Assembly: GCA_964016885.1 (NCBI GenBank)
Contig: OZ024766.1
Location: 18,848,001-18,912,000, forward strand
DNA from: Eledone cirrhosa
Lineage: Eukaryota
Length of the DNA stretch: 64,000 nt
Direction of reading: 5' to 3'
Position numbers and translations under genes: made by a program. Positions 53,865-64,000 of the stretch are shown piece by piece. Numbering within the stretch: position 1 is the first letter of the stretch; every line of letters starts with the position of its first letter. The notes beneath the pieces are model-generated. The model made no database searches and was not told where the DNA came from. It saw nothing but the letters and a program-made list of their open reading frames with translations.

Positions 53865-53901
<37 letters not shown>

Positions 53902-53983
53902 TTAGCAATAGTATTGTTGGTTTTAACAGAAGTTGCTGCTGGCCTTGTCTGGCTTACTATATATATATAGTGGTGGGTGTCAT

Positions 53984-54026
<43 letters not shown>

Positions 54027-54108
54027 TTAGCAATAGTATTGTTGGTTTTAACAGAAGTTGCTGCTGGCCTTGTCTGGCTTACTATATATATATAGTGGTG
54101 GGTGTCAT

Positions 54109-54140
<32 letters not shown>

Positions 54141-54225
54141 ATGTTAGCAATAGTATTGTTGGTTTTAACAGAAGTTGCTGCTGGCCTTGTCTGGCTTACT
54201 ATATATATATAGTGGTGGGTGTCAT

Positions 54226-54257
<32 letters not shown>

Positions 54258-54342
54258 ATGTTAGCAATAGTATTGTTGGTTTTAACAGAAGTTGCTGCTG
54301 GCCTTGTCTGGCTTACTATATATATATAGTGGTGGGTGTCAT

Positions 54343-54385
<43 letters not shown>

Positions 54386-54467
54386 TTAGCAATAGTATTG
54401 TTGGTTTTAACAGAAGTTGCTGCTGGCCTTGTCTGGCTTACTATATATATATAGTGGTGGGTGTCAT

Positions 54468-54512
<45 letters not shown>

Positions 54513-54594
54513 TTAGCAATAGTATTGTTGGTTTTAACAGAAGTTGCTGCTGGCCTTGTCTGGCTTACTATATATATATAGTGGTGGGTGTCAT

Positions 54595-54637
<43 letters not shown>

Positions 54638-54719
54638 TTAGCAATAGTATTGTTGGTTTTAACAGAAGTTGCTGCTGGCCTTGTCTGGCTTACTATATAT
54701 ATATAGTGGTGGGTGTCAT

Positions 54720-54774
<55 letters not shown>

Positions 54775-54856
54775 TTAGCAATAGTATTGTTGGTTTTAAC
54801 AGAAGTTGCTGCTGGCCTTGTCTGGCTTACTATATATATATAGTGGTGGGTGTCAT

Positions 54857-54903
<47 letters not shown>

Positions 54904-54985
54904 TTAGCAATAGTATTGTTGGTTTTAACAGAAGTTGCTGCTGGCCTTGTCTGGCTTACTATATATATATAGTGGTGGGTGTCAT

Positions 54986-55016
<31 letters not shown>

Positions 55017-55459
55017 TGTTAGCAATAGTATTGTTGGTTTTAACAGAAGTTGCTGCTGGCCTTGTCTGGCTTACTATATATATATAGTGGTGGGTGTCAT
55101 GGTTGGAGAGAGAGAGAGAGAGAGAGATGTTAGCAATAGTATTGTTGGTTTTAACAGAAGTTGCTGCTGGCCTTGTCTGGCTTACTATATATATATAGTG
55201 GTGGGTGTCATGGTTGGAGGGAGAGAGAGAGAGAGAGAGAGAGAGATGTTAGCAATAGTATTGTTGGTTTTAACAGAAGTTGCTGCTGGCCTTGTCTGGC
55301 TTACTATATATATATAGTGGTGGGTGTCATGGTTGGAGAGAGAGAGAGAGAGAGGGAGAGAGAGAGAGAGAGAGATGTTAGCAATAGTATTGTTGGTTTT
55401 AACAGAAGTTGCTGCTGGCCTTGTCTGGCTTACTATATATATATAGTGGTGGGTGTCAT

Positions 55460-55504
<45 letters not shown>

Positions 55505-55586
55505 TTAGCAATAGTATTGTTGGTTTTAACAGAAGTTGCTGCTGGCCTTGTCTGGCTTACTATATATATATAGTGGTGGGTGTCAT

Positions 55587-55637
<51 letters not shown>

Positions 55638-55719
55638 TTAGCAATAGTATTGTTGGTTTTAACAGAAGTTGCTGCTGGCCTTGTCTGGCTTACTATATAT
55701 ATATAGTGGTGGGTGTCAT

Positions 55720-55760
<41 letters not shown>

Positions 55761-55842
55761 TTAGCAATAGTATTGTTGGTTTTAACAGAAGTTGCTGCTG
55801 GCCTTGTCTGGCTTACTATATATATATAGTGGTGGGTGTCAT

Positions 55843-55893
<51 letters not shown>

Positions 55894-55977
55894 TTAGCAA
55901 TAGTATTGTTGGTTTTAACAGAAGTTGCTGCTGGCCTTGTCTGGCTTACTATATATATATATAGTGGTGGGTGTCAT

Positions 55978-56024
<47 letters not shown>

Positions 56025-56219
56025 TTAGCAATAGTATTGTTGGTTTTAACAGAAGTTGCTGCTGGCCTTGTCTGGCTTACTATATATATATAGTGGTGGG
56101 TGTCATGGTTGGAGAGAGAGAGAGAGAGAGAGAGATGTTAGCAATAGTATTGTTGGTTTTAACAGAAGTTGCTGCTGGCCTTGTCTGGCTTACTATATAT
56201 ATATAGTGGTGGGTGTCAT

Positions 56220-56272
<53 letters not shown>

Positions 56273-56359
56273 TTAGCAATAGTATTGTTGGTTTTAACAG
56301 AAGTTGCTGCTGGCCTTGTCTGGCTTACTATATATATATAGTGGTGGGTGTCATGGTTG

Positions 56360-56401
<42 letters not shown>

Positions 56402-56483
56402 TTAGCAATAGTATTGTTGGTTTTAACAGAAGTTGCTGCTGGCCTTGTCTGGCTTACTATATATATATAGTGGTGGGTGTCAT

Positions 56484-56524
<41 letters not shown>

Positions 56525-56606
56525 TTAGCAATAGTATTGTTGGTTTTAACAGAAGTTGCTGCTGGCCTTGTCTGGCTTACTATATATATATAGTGGTGGG
56601 TGTCAT

Positions 56607-56647
<41 letters not shown>

Positions 56648-56729
56648 TTAGCAATAGTATTGTTGGTTTTAACAGAAGTTGCTGCTGGCCTTGTCTGGCT
56701 TACTATATATATATAGTGGTGGGTGTCAT

Positions 56730-56768
<39 letters not shown>

Positions 56769-56850
56769 TTAGCAATAGTATTGTTGGTTTTAACAGAAGT
56801 TGCTGCTGGCCTTGTCTGGCTTACTATATATATATAGTGGTGGGTGTCAT

Positions 56851-56899
<49 letters not shown>

Positions 56900-56981
56900 T
56901 TAGCAATAGTATTGTTGGTTTTAACAGAAGTTGCTGCTGGCCTTGTCTGGCTTACTATATATATATAGTGGTGGGTGTCAT

Positions 56982-57032
<51 letters not shown>

Positions 57033-57114
57033 TTAGCAATAGTATTGTTGGTTTTAACAGAAGTTGCTGCTGGCCTTGTCTGGCTTACTATATATATATA
57101 GTGGTGGGTGTCAT

Positions 57115-57153
<39 letters not shown>

Positions 57154-57235
57154 TTAGCAATAGTATTGTTGGTTTTAACAGAAGTTGCTGCTGGCCTTGT
57201 CTGGCTTACTATATATATATAGTGGTGGGTGTCAT

Positions 57236-57274
<39 letters not shown>

Positions 57275-57467
57275 TTAGCAATAGTATTGTTGGTTTTAAC
57301 AGAAGTTGCTGCTGGCCTTGTCTGGCTTACTATATATATATAGTGGTGGGTGTCATGGTTGGAGAGAGAGAGAGAGAGAGAGATGTTAGCAATAGTATTG
57401 TTGGTTTTAACAGAAGTTGCTGCTGGCCTTGTCTGGCTTACTATATATATATAGTGGTGGGTGTCAT

Positions 57468-57499
<32 letters not shown>

Positions 57500-57704
57500 A
57501 TGTTAGCAATAGTATTGTTGGTTTTAACAGAAGTTGCTGCTGGCCTTGTCTGGCTTACTATATATATATAGTGGTGGGTGTCATGGTTGGAGAGAGAGAG
57601 AGAGAGAAGAGAGAGAGAGATGTTAGCAATAGTATTGTTGGTTTTAACAGAAGTTGCTGCTGGCCTTGTCTGGCTTACTATATATATATAGTGGTGGGTG
57701 TCAT

Positions 57705-57743
<39 letters not shown>

Positions 57744-57954
57744 TTAGCAATAGTGTTGTTGGTTTTAACAGAAGTTGCTGCTGGCCTTGTCTGGCTTACT
57801 ATATATATATAGTGGTGGGTGTCATGGTTGGAGAGAGAGGGGGAGAGAGAGAGAGAGAGAGAGAGAGAGATGTTAGCAATAGTATTGTTGGTTTTAACAG
57901 AAGTTGCTGCTGGCCTTGTCTGGCTTACTATATATATATAGTGGTGGGTGTCAT

Positions 57955-57995
<41 letters not shown>

Positions 57996-58077
57996 TTAGC
58001 AATAGTATTGTTGGTTTTAACAGAAGTTGCTGCTGGCCTTGTCTGGCTTACTATATATATATAGTGGTGGGTGTCAT

Positions 58078-58120
<43 letters not shown>

Positions 58121-58202
58121 TTAGCAATAGTATTGTTGGTTTTAACAGAAGTTGCTGCTGGCCTTGTCTGGCTTACTATATATATATAGTGGTGGGTGTC
58201 AT

Positions 58203-58234
<32 letters not shown>

Positions 58235-58395
58235 ATGTTAGCAATAGTATTGTTGGTTTTAACAGAAGTTGCTGCTGGCCTTGTCTGGCTTACTATATAT
58301 ATATAGTGGTGGGTGTCATGGTTGGAGAGAGAGAGAGAGAGTGAGAGAGAGAGAGTGAAGTATAGAGAGATTGAGAGAGAGAGATGTTAGCAATA
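53603..58395. repeat. ~115-137-bp tandem array (~38 copies) with a variable (GA)n in each unit
   Basis: Constant TGTTAGCAATAGTATTGTTGGTTTTAACAGAAGTTGCTGCTGGCCTTGTCTGGCTTAC(TA)nGTGGTGGGTGTCATGGTTG followed by (GA)n. Confidence 0.97.
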
Positions 58396-58750
58396 ACGAT
58401 TTTTCCCTTTTTTTTTTGCTGCTACTACTACTACTACTACTGCTGCTACTGCTGCTGCTGCTACTACTACTACTACTACTACTGCTGCTACTACTACTGC
58501 TACTACTACTGCTGCTGCTACTACTACTACTACTGCTGCTACTGCTGCTTCTGCTACTACTACTTCTACTACTACTACTGCTGCTACTACTACTACTACT
58601 GCTGCTATTACTACTATTACTGGTACTACTACCACTACCAACACCACAACTACTACCACTACCACCACTACTAATTCTACTACCACTACTACTGCTACCA
58701 CTACCACAAACACCACTACAACTACTATACTACTACTACTGCTGCTGCTA

Positions 58751-58781
<31 letters not shown>

Positions 58782-58875
58782 CACTACTACCACCACTACT
58801 ACCACCACCACTACTACTACTGCTACTAACACTACTACTACTACTACTACTAAAATATCAACAGAGATAACTTAC

Positions 58876-58908
58876 TTCCATTAATTTTTCAATTTTCTGT
58901 GCTTCACC
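58876..58908 (-). CDS. IQSEC: IQSEC 33-nt microexon encoding the Sec7 glutamic finger GEAQKIEKLME
   Basis: TTTTTCTTCTTCCAG|GGTGAAGCACAGAAAATTGAAAAATTAATGGAA|GTAAGT. It completes FRMP-GEAQKIE between the flanking exons; phase 0/0. Confidence 0.95.
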
Positions 58909-59082
58909 CTGGAAGAAGAAAAACATGTTTAAGAAAATATATATATATATACACACACACATATACACACAATATATATATACACACACACATATATGTA
59001 TATATGTATATCACACATACACACAATATATACACAGACACACATACACACACAAGTACCTATATATATATATATATATATC

Positions 59083-59805
59083 ATCACCGTTTTACGTCCG
59101 TTCTTCCACGCTAGCATGGGTTAGACGGGTTGTCCTATTGTGGGCAGTGTCCGGTTGGCTGACCTTGTCTTGCTCATACGGGAACTGATCTGGCTTGATT
59201 TCTACAGCTGGATGCCCTTCCTAACACCAGCCTCATTTACAGTGAGTGCTGGGTGCTTTTTTGCCGTGGCACCTCCACGACCACTTTACAGTGAGTGCTG
59301 GGTGCTTTTTTGCCGTGGCACCTCCACGACCACTTTACAGTGAGTGCTGGGTGCTTTTTTGCCGTGGCACCTCCACGACCACTTTACAGTGAGGGCTGGG
59401 TGCTTTTTTGCCGTGGCACCTACATGTCCACTTTGCAGTGGAATGATAGGGACCCCAGTCCCTATCATCTCATTTCTACAGCTGAGTACACTGGAGCAAT
59501 GTAAAATAAAGTGTCTTGCTCAAGGAAACAACACATCACCCGGTCCGTGAATTGAACTCACAACCCTTCGATTGCAAGCCCAATGCTCTAACCACTAAGC
59601 CATGTGCCTTCAAACGCATATATATCATCATCATCATTTTACGTCCGCTTTTCCCTACTTGCAAGGGTGGGACGGGAACTGATTCTGGCTTGATTTCTAC
59701 AGCTGGATGCCCTTCCTAACACCAACCTCATTTACAGTGAGTGCTGGGTGCTTTTTTGCTGTGGCGCCTACATGTCCACTTTGCAGTGTGGGCTGGGTGC
59801 TTTTT
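59083..59805 (-). mobile_element. Full-length SINE (59083-59610) plus an adjacent SINE 3' part (59625-59805)
   Basis: Same head, central domain, 49-bp units and tail as the other copies. Confidence 0.85.
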
Positions 59806-60142
59806 TACCATACCATCTCAGTCTTCTCTCCCATACACCACAACTTATCCCTCTTATACCCAGTTTCTCTCTCAACACATCACATGTCTATACCACCTCA
59901 GTCTTGTCTCCCACACACTACAACTTATCCCTCTTATACACAGTTTCTCTCTCAACACATCACATGTCCATACCATCTCAGTCTTCTCTCCCACACACCA
60001 CAACTTATCCCTCTTATACACAGTTTCTCTCTCAACACATCACATGTCCATACCATCTCAGTCTTCTCTCCCACACACCACAACTTATCCCTCTTATACA
60101 CAGTTTCTCTCTCAACACATCACATGTCCATACCATCTCAGC
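59806..60142 (-). repeat. 80-bp tandem repeat (~4 copies) derived from the same RTE LINE ORF segment as 38790-39390
   Basis: Translates as VLREKLCIRGISCGVWERRLRWYGHV. Confidence 0.85.
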
Positions 60143-60272
60143 CTTCTTTCCTGCCACAGCCAGGATATCCCCCTCCCACCCCAGAGACAGACAAGCCCCC
60201 ACCACTCCCCACAAGCCCCCACAGACAAAGCCCCACTGCTCCCCTCAGACAATGTAGTGTGGTGCCACTCAC

Positions 60273-60354
60273 AGGCATTCTGAATGAAGACTGGAACTTT
60301 CGAAGTGCCACGTCTACTTGGAGTCCAGAGAGATCAATTTCTTCAGCAAAATAA
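60273..60354 (-). CDS. IQSEC: IQSEC Sec7 exon
   Basis: TGTTTGCAG|(D)YFAEEIDLSGLQVDVALRKFQSSFRMP|GTGAGT; 82 nt, phase 2 to 0. Confidence 0.96.
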
Positions 60355-60394
60355 CTGCAAACAGAAAAGATAGGTTCAATTATGTTGCTGTGTG

Positions 60395-61060
60395 GAACAT
60401 AACTTAACACAGGTTTTTACATTACTATATTTCTAATGGAACATAACTTAAAGGTTCTTACATAAATATAAACACTTTAACTCTTTCATTACCATATTTC
60501 TAATGGAACATAACTTAATACAGGTTCCTACATAAATATAAACACTTTAACCCTTTCATTGCCATATTTCTAATGGAACATAACTCAACAAAGGTTCCTA
60601 CATAAATATAAACACTTTAACCCTTTCATTACCATATTTCTAATGGAACATAACTCAACAAAGGTTCCTACATAAATATAAACACTTTAACCCTTTCATT
60701 ACCATATTTCTAATAGAACATAACTCAACAAAGGTTCCTACATAAATATAAACACTTTAACCCTTTCATTACCATATTTCTAATGGAACATAACTCAACA
60801 AAGGTTCCTACATAAATATAAACACTTTAACCCTTTCATTACCATATTTCTAATGGAACATAACTCAACAAAGGTTCCTACATAAATATAAACACTTTAA
60901 CCCTTTCATTACCATATTTCTAATGGAACATAACTTAACAAAGGTTCCTACATAAATATAAACACTTTAACCCTTTCATTGCCATATTTCTAATGGAACA
61001 TAACTCAACAAAGGTTACTACATAAATATAAACACTAACCCTTTCATTACCATATTTCTG
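60395..61060 (+). repeat. 70-bp minisatellite (~9 copies) containing TTAACCCTTTCATTACCATATTTCT
   Basis: Seen directly in the sequence; the unit includes a TTAA-CCCTTT transposon-terminus-like motif. Confidence 0.92.
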
Positions 61061-61151
61061 ACATTCCAATGACTACCAATTGGCAGCCTATTTAGTACAA
61101 ATAGGGGTCTAAAAAAAACAACCCAGAAATATAAGGACAGAAGGAACTCAC

Positions 61152-61313
61152 TCTAATACTTCTTGGTTTAAAGGGTTCTGTAAGTTCCCTAAGTATTCTC
61201 CAATCATTTGCTTACTGAGCCCCTTTCGTGTGATAAGGAATTTGGCAATGTTGGCTGGTAGGTGGTCCACAAATCCATGTTCTATGAGAAAACGTAGTCC
61301 TTTTTCGGGCTTT
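61152..61313 (-). CDS. IQSEC: IQSEC Sec7 N-terminal exon (most 5' exon found; upstream exons lie beyond the window)
   Basis: TGTTTACAG|KPEKGLRFLIEHGFVDHLPANIAKFLITRKGLSKQMIGEYLGNLQNPLNQEVL|GTGAGT; 162 nt, phase 2 to 2. Confidence 0.96.
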
Positions 61314-61431
61314 CTGTAAACAGACAAGACATATATACATATATACAGAGGTTATATTTAATTTGTTGGGATTCAACAAGCTTAAAAATGTTATAACTGA
61401 TATAAAGCACTCAACAGTATAGTGGAGTAAA

Positions 61432-61774
61432 TCATCATTTCATCATTTCATTTTACGTCCGCTTTTCCCTGCTTGCAAGGGTGGGACGGAAACTGATGCT
61501 GGCTTGATTTCTACAGCTGGATGCCCTTCCTAACACCAACCTCATTTACAGTGAGTGCTGGGTGCTTTTTTGCCGTGGCACCTCCACGACCACTTTGCAG
61601 TGGAATGATAGGGACCCCAGTCCCTATCATCTCATTTCTACAGCTGAGTAAACTGGAGCAATGTGAAATAAAGTGTCTTGCTCAAGGAAACAACACATCA
61701 CCCGGTCTGAGAATTGAACTCACAACCTTTCGATTGCAAGGCCAATGCTCTAACCACTAAGCCATGTGCCTCCA
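61432..61774 (-). mobile_element. Compact full-length tRNA-derived SINE (single internal unit), inserted in a Penelope-like fragment
   Basis: Head, central domain, one 49-bp unit and RTE-like tail. Flanked on both sides by TTATAACTGATATAAAGCACTCAACAG..GTGGAGTAAAT. Confidence 0.85.
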
Positions 61775-62029
61775 TTATAACTGATATAAAGCACTCAACA
61801 GATTAGTGGAGTAAATATTCAATATATTAATAAATTATCATCATCGTTTAACGTCCATCTTCCACGCTTGCATGGGTTTGGACGGGAATTTTCCCACCCA
61901 CTTGAGGCAAAATTGGTTGTCTTGCTCGCATAGGACTGTCTGGCGGGTTTTCTACGGCTGGATGCTCTTCCTAACACCAACCACGTTTAGGGGGAGACAT
62001 TACACATGGGTAACACATACCCACCGAAA

Positions 62030-62605
62030 AAAAAATGTGCAACCCTCATCTCCAGGAGTACGAAGAATTTGTACCCCTTTCCTCTCTTCCTTTTTTTTTC
62101 TCAACCTACAGGCTGATATAGAGAGAAGGCCCAACCACTGGGGCCATTCTCGCCACTTTCACCCACCTTTCATAGAACTTGCTGGGCTACAGCACCTCTC
62201 TCTCCATCCTGACTCTTCTTCCAAAGTGGTATTTGAAAAAAAGAATCAGTTGTTGGCCGGAGAGAAAGGTGTCTGACCTCAGCCCTTTCAACCTCTTTCG
62301 CCATAGCTATCACACAGGAAAACCGCCTCTCCCTCGTTTTTGAAGGAGGGTGGAAGTTTGATCATGACAATGGACTCGGTGGTCAACTGGATTGGTCCCA
62401 CCCGCGACAATAGTCGTTCTACATAGCCCCACAGGTCAGTGACGCCCGGGCAGTGTATGAATGCGTGCGCGACGGTTTCTTCGTCTCGCACGCACCTCGG
62501 ACAGATCTTTTTTGCAGGGTCCCTGCCCGGGCGCCCATGTCTGTAGAGCTTGTCTCGAACTGGTAGAGCTCCTCGGTAGCACTGCCAGGCCAGGGACTTT
62601 TGGAA
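62030..62605 (-). mobile_element. L1/Tx1-clade LINE 3' fragment (zf-RVT CCHC region)
   Basis: SLAWQCYRGALPVRDKLYRH...CPRCVRDEETVAHAFIHCPGVTDLW. Confidence 0.85.
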
Positions 62606-62627
62606 GAGATAGATAGATAGATAGATA

Positions 62628-63068
62628 TCTTTATTTACCATAAAGGCATAAAAAGAAGGGACAAATACAAAGGGGGAGTTTACATATAATCGAGTAAAAA
62701 GGGTGTAACATGAAAATAATCGAAAATAACCTCAAAAGGGAGGGGACGTGATGGGGGTTGCACACACCCCCGAAAAAGTGTGCAATCCTTTGCCCGGGGA
62801 GCACATGGAGAAGGTGCTCCCCTCTCCTTTACTTCTTTACCTACAGGATGGTATACAGAGAAGGCCCACTTACACGAGCCATTCTCGCCACTATCACCCA
62901 CCTTTCATAAAACTGCCGGTGGCCAAGCACCTCTCTCTCCATTCTTATCCTTCTTCCGAAGTGATATCGGAAGAAGTAGACCAGACTATGGCCAGAGAGG
63001 AAGTTGCCTGACCTCAGACCTTTCAATTGTGTCCACCAAACAACCTCTTTCAACATGGCTATTACGCA
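62628..63068 (-). mobile_element. Second, diverged L1/Tx1-type 3' fragment flanked by (GATA)n
   Basis: LKEVVWWTQLKGLRSGNFLSGHSLVYFFRYHFGRRIRMEREVLG..FYERW is homologous to ~62130-62300. The 3' end is AATAAA followed by (TATC)n. Confidence 0.75.
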
Positions 63069-63070
63069 AG

Positions 63071-63126
<56 letters not shown>

Positions 63127-63234
63127 CTGGTGAGTGTCAGTAGTAGTAGTGTTGTAGCTACTACTACTACTACAATACTATAGTAACAGTACTACTGCTG
63201 CAACACTGCAGCAGTACTAGAGCAACATTTGCCT

Positions 63235-63447
63235 ATCTGTGTGTTTGTGTGTCTGTGTGTGTGTGTGTGTTTGTGGCTGTGTCTGTGTGTCTGTCTATAT
63301 GTTTGTGTGTGTGTGTGTGTGTGTGGCTGTGCCTGTGTGTGCGTTTGTGGCTGTGTGTCTATATGTGTGTGTGTGTGTGTGTGTATGTATGTGTGTGTGT
63401 CTGTGCGTGTGTTTGTGGCTGTGGCTGTGTATGTGTGTCTGTCTATA

Positions 63448-63478
<31 letters not shown>

Positions 63479-63599
63479 ATGCATGTGTATGTGGCTGTGT
63501 CTGTGTGTCTGTCTACATATGTGTGTGTGTGTATGTCTGTGTGTATGTGTGCCTGTGTGTATGTCTGTGTGTGTGTATGTGTGTGTGTGTGCATGTGTC

Positions 63600-63632
<33 letters not shown>

Positions 63633-63707
63633 ATGTGTGTATGTATGTGTCTGTGTGTGTGTGTGTCCATGAGTGTGTGTGTATGTCTGTGTGTGTGTGT
63701 GTGTGTC

Positions 63708-63740
<33 letters not shown>

Positions 63741-64000
63741 ATGTGTGTATGTATGTGTCTGTGTGTGTGTGTGTGTGTCCATGAGTATGTGTGTATGTCT
63801 GTGTGTGTGTGTGTGTGTGTGTGTCTGTGTGTGCAACACTACATGTGTTTAACAGGTGAACTGTAGCAATGTTCTGAGTCATGCTTGACATACAGTGTGT
63901 GTCTGTGTATCAGTGTGTGTGTATGTGTATCAGTGTATGTGTGTATGTGTGTATGTATGTCTGTGTATCAGTATATATGTGTGTGTGTGTGTGCATCAGT
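63235..64000. repeat. Degenerate (GT)n tract
   Basis: Seen directly in the sequence. Confidence 0.95.

Noticed and set aside
53603-58395. Constant repeat plus variable spacer resembling a CRISPR array
   Set aside because: The 'spacers' are only (GA)n of different lengths, the context is a eukaryotic intron, and there are no cas genes.
53603-58395. Recursive splice sites in the array units
   Set aside because: Units read TATAGTAAG on the transcript, not AG|GTAAG, so the AG/GT junction is absent.

Overview
AT-rich, extremely repeat-dense eukaryotic DNA. The SINE/LINE/MITE families and (TA)n load resemble an octopod cephalopod; this is inference, not a database result. The main gene is on the minus strand: the 3' part of an IQSEC/BRAG-family Arf-GEF. 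I reconstructed it by hand as 11 GT-AG exons with consistent phases (61313 down to the stop at 15110; 1921 nt), covering Sec7, PH and a Q/H/G-rich tail ending in a PDZ-type -TEV. The catalytic glutamic finger sits on a 33-nt microexon missed by the ORF track. A convergent plus-strand gene contributes one terminal exon (3154-3324, unidentified). The rest is minisatellites (mostly derived from transposon pieces), tRNA-derived SINEs, RTE and Tx1 LINE fragments, a DD37D maT transposase fragment and a non-autonomous Helitron with 8 tandem 3' ends. The most striking unexplained structure is a set of intronic foldback palindromes from several families, each carrying minimal type-I hammerhead ribozyme motifs pointing outward from the hairpin centre (Penelope/retrozyme-like). 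Solo copies also occur, one overlapping the first AATAAA after the plus-strand gene's stop. Almost all long ORFs in the supplied track are repeat artefacts.
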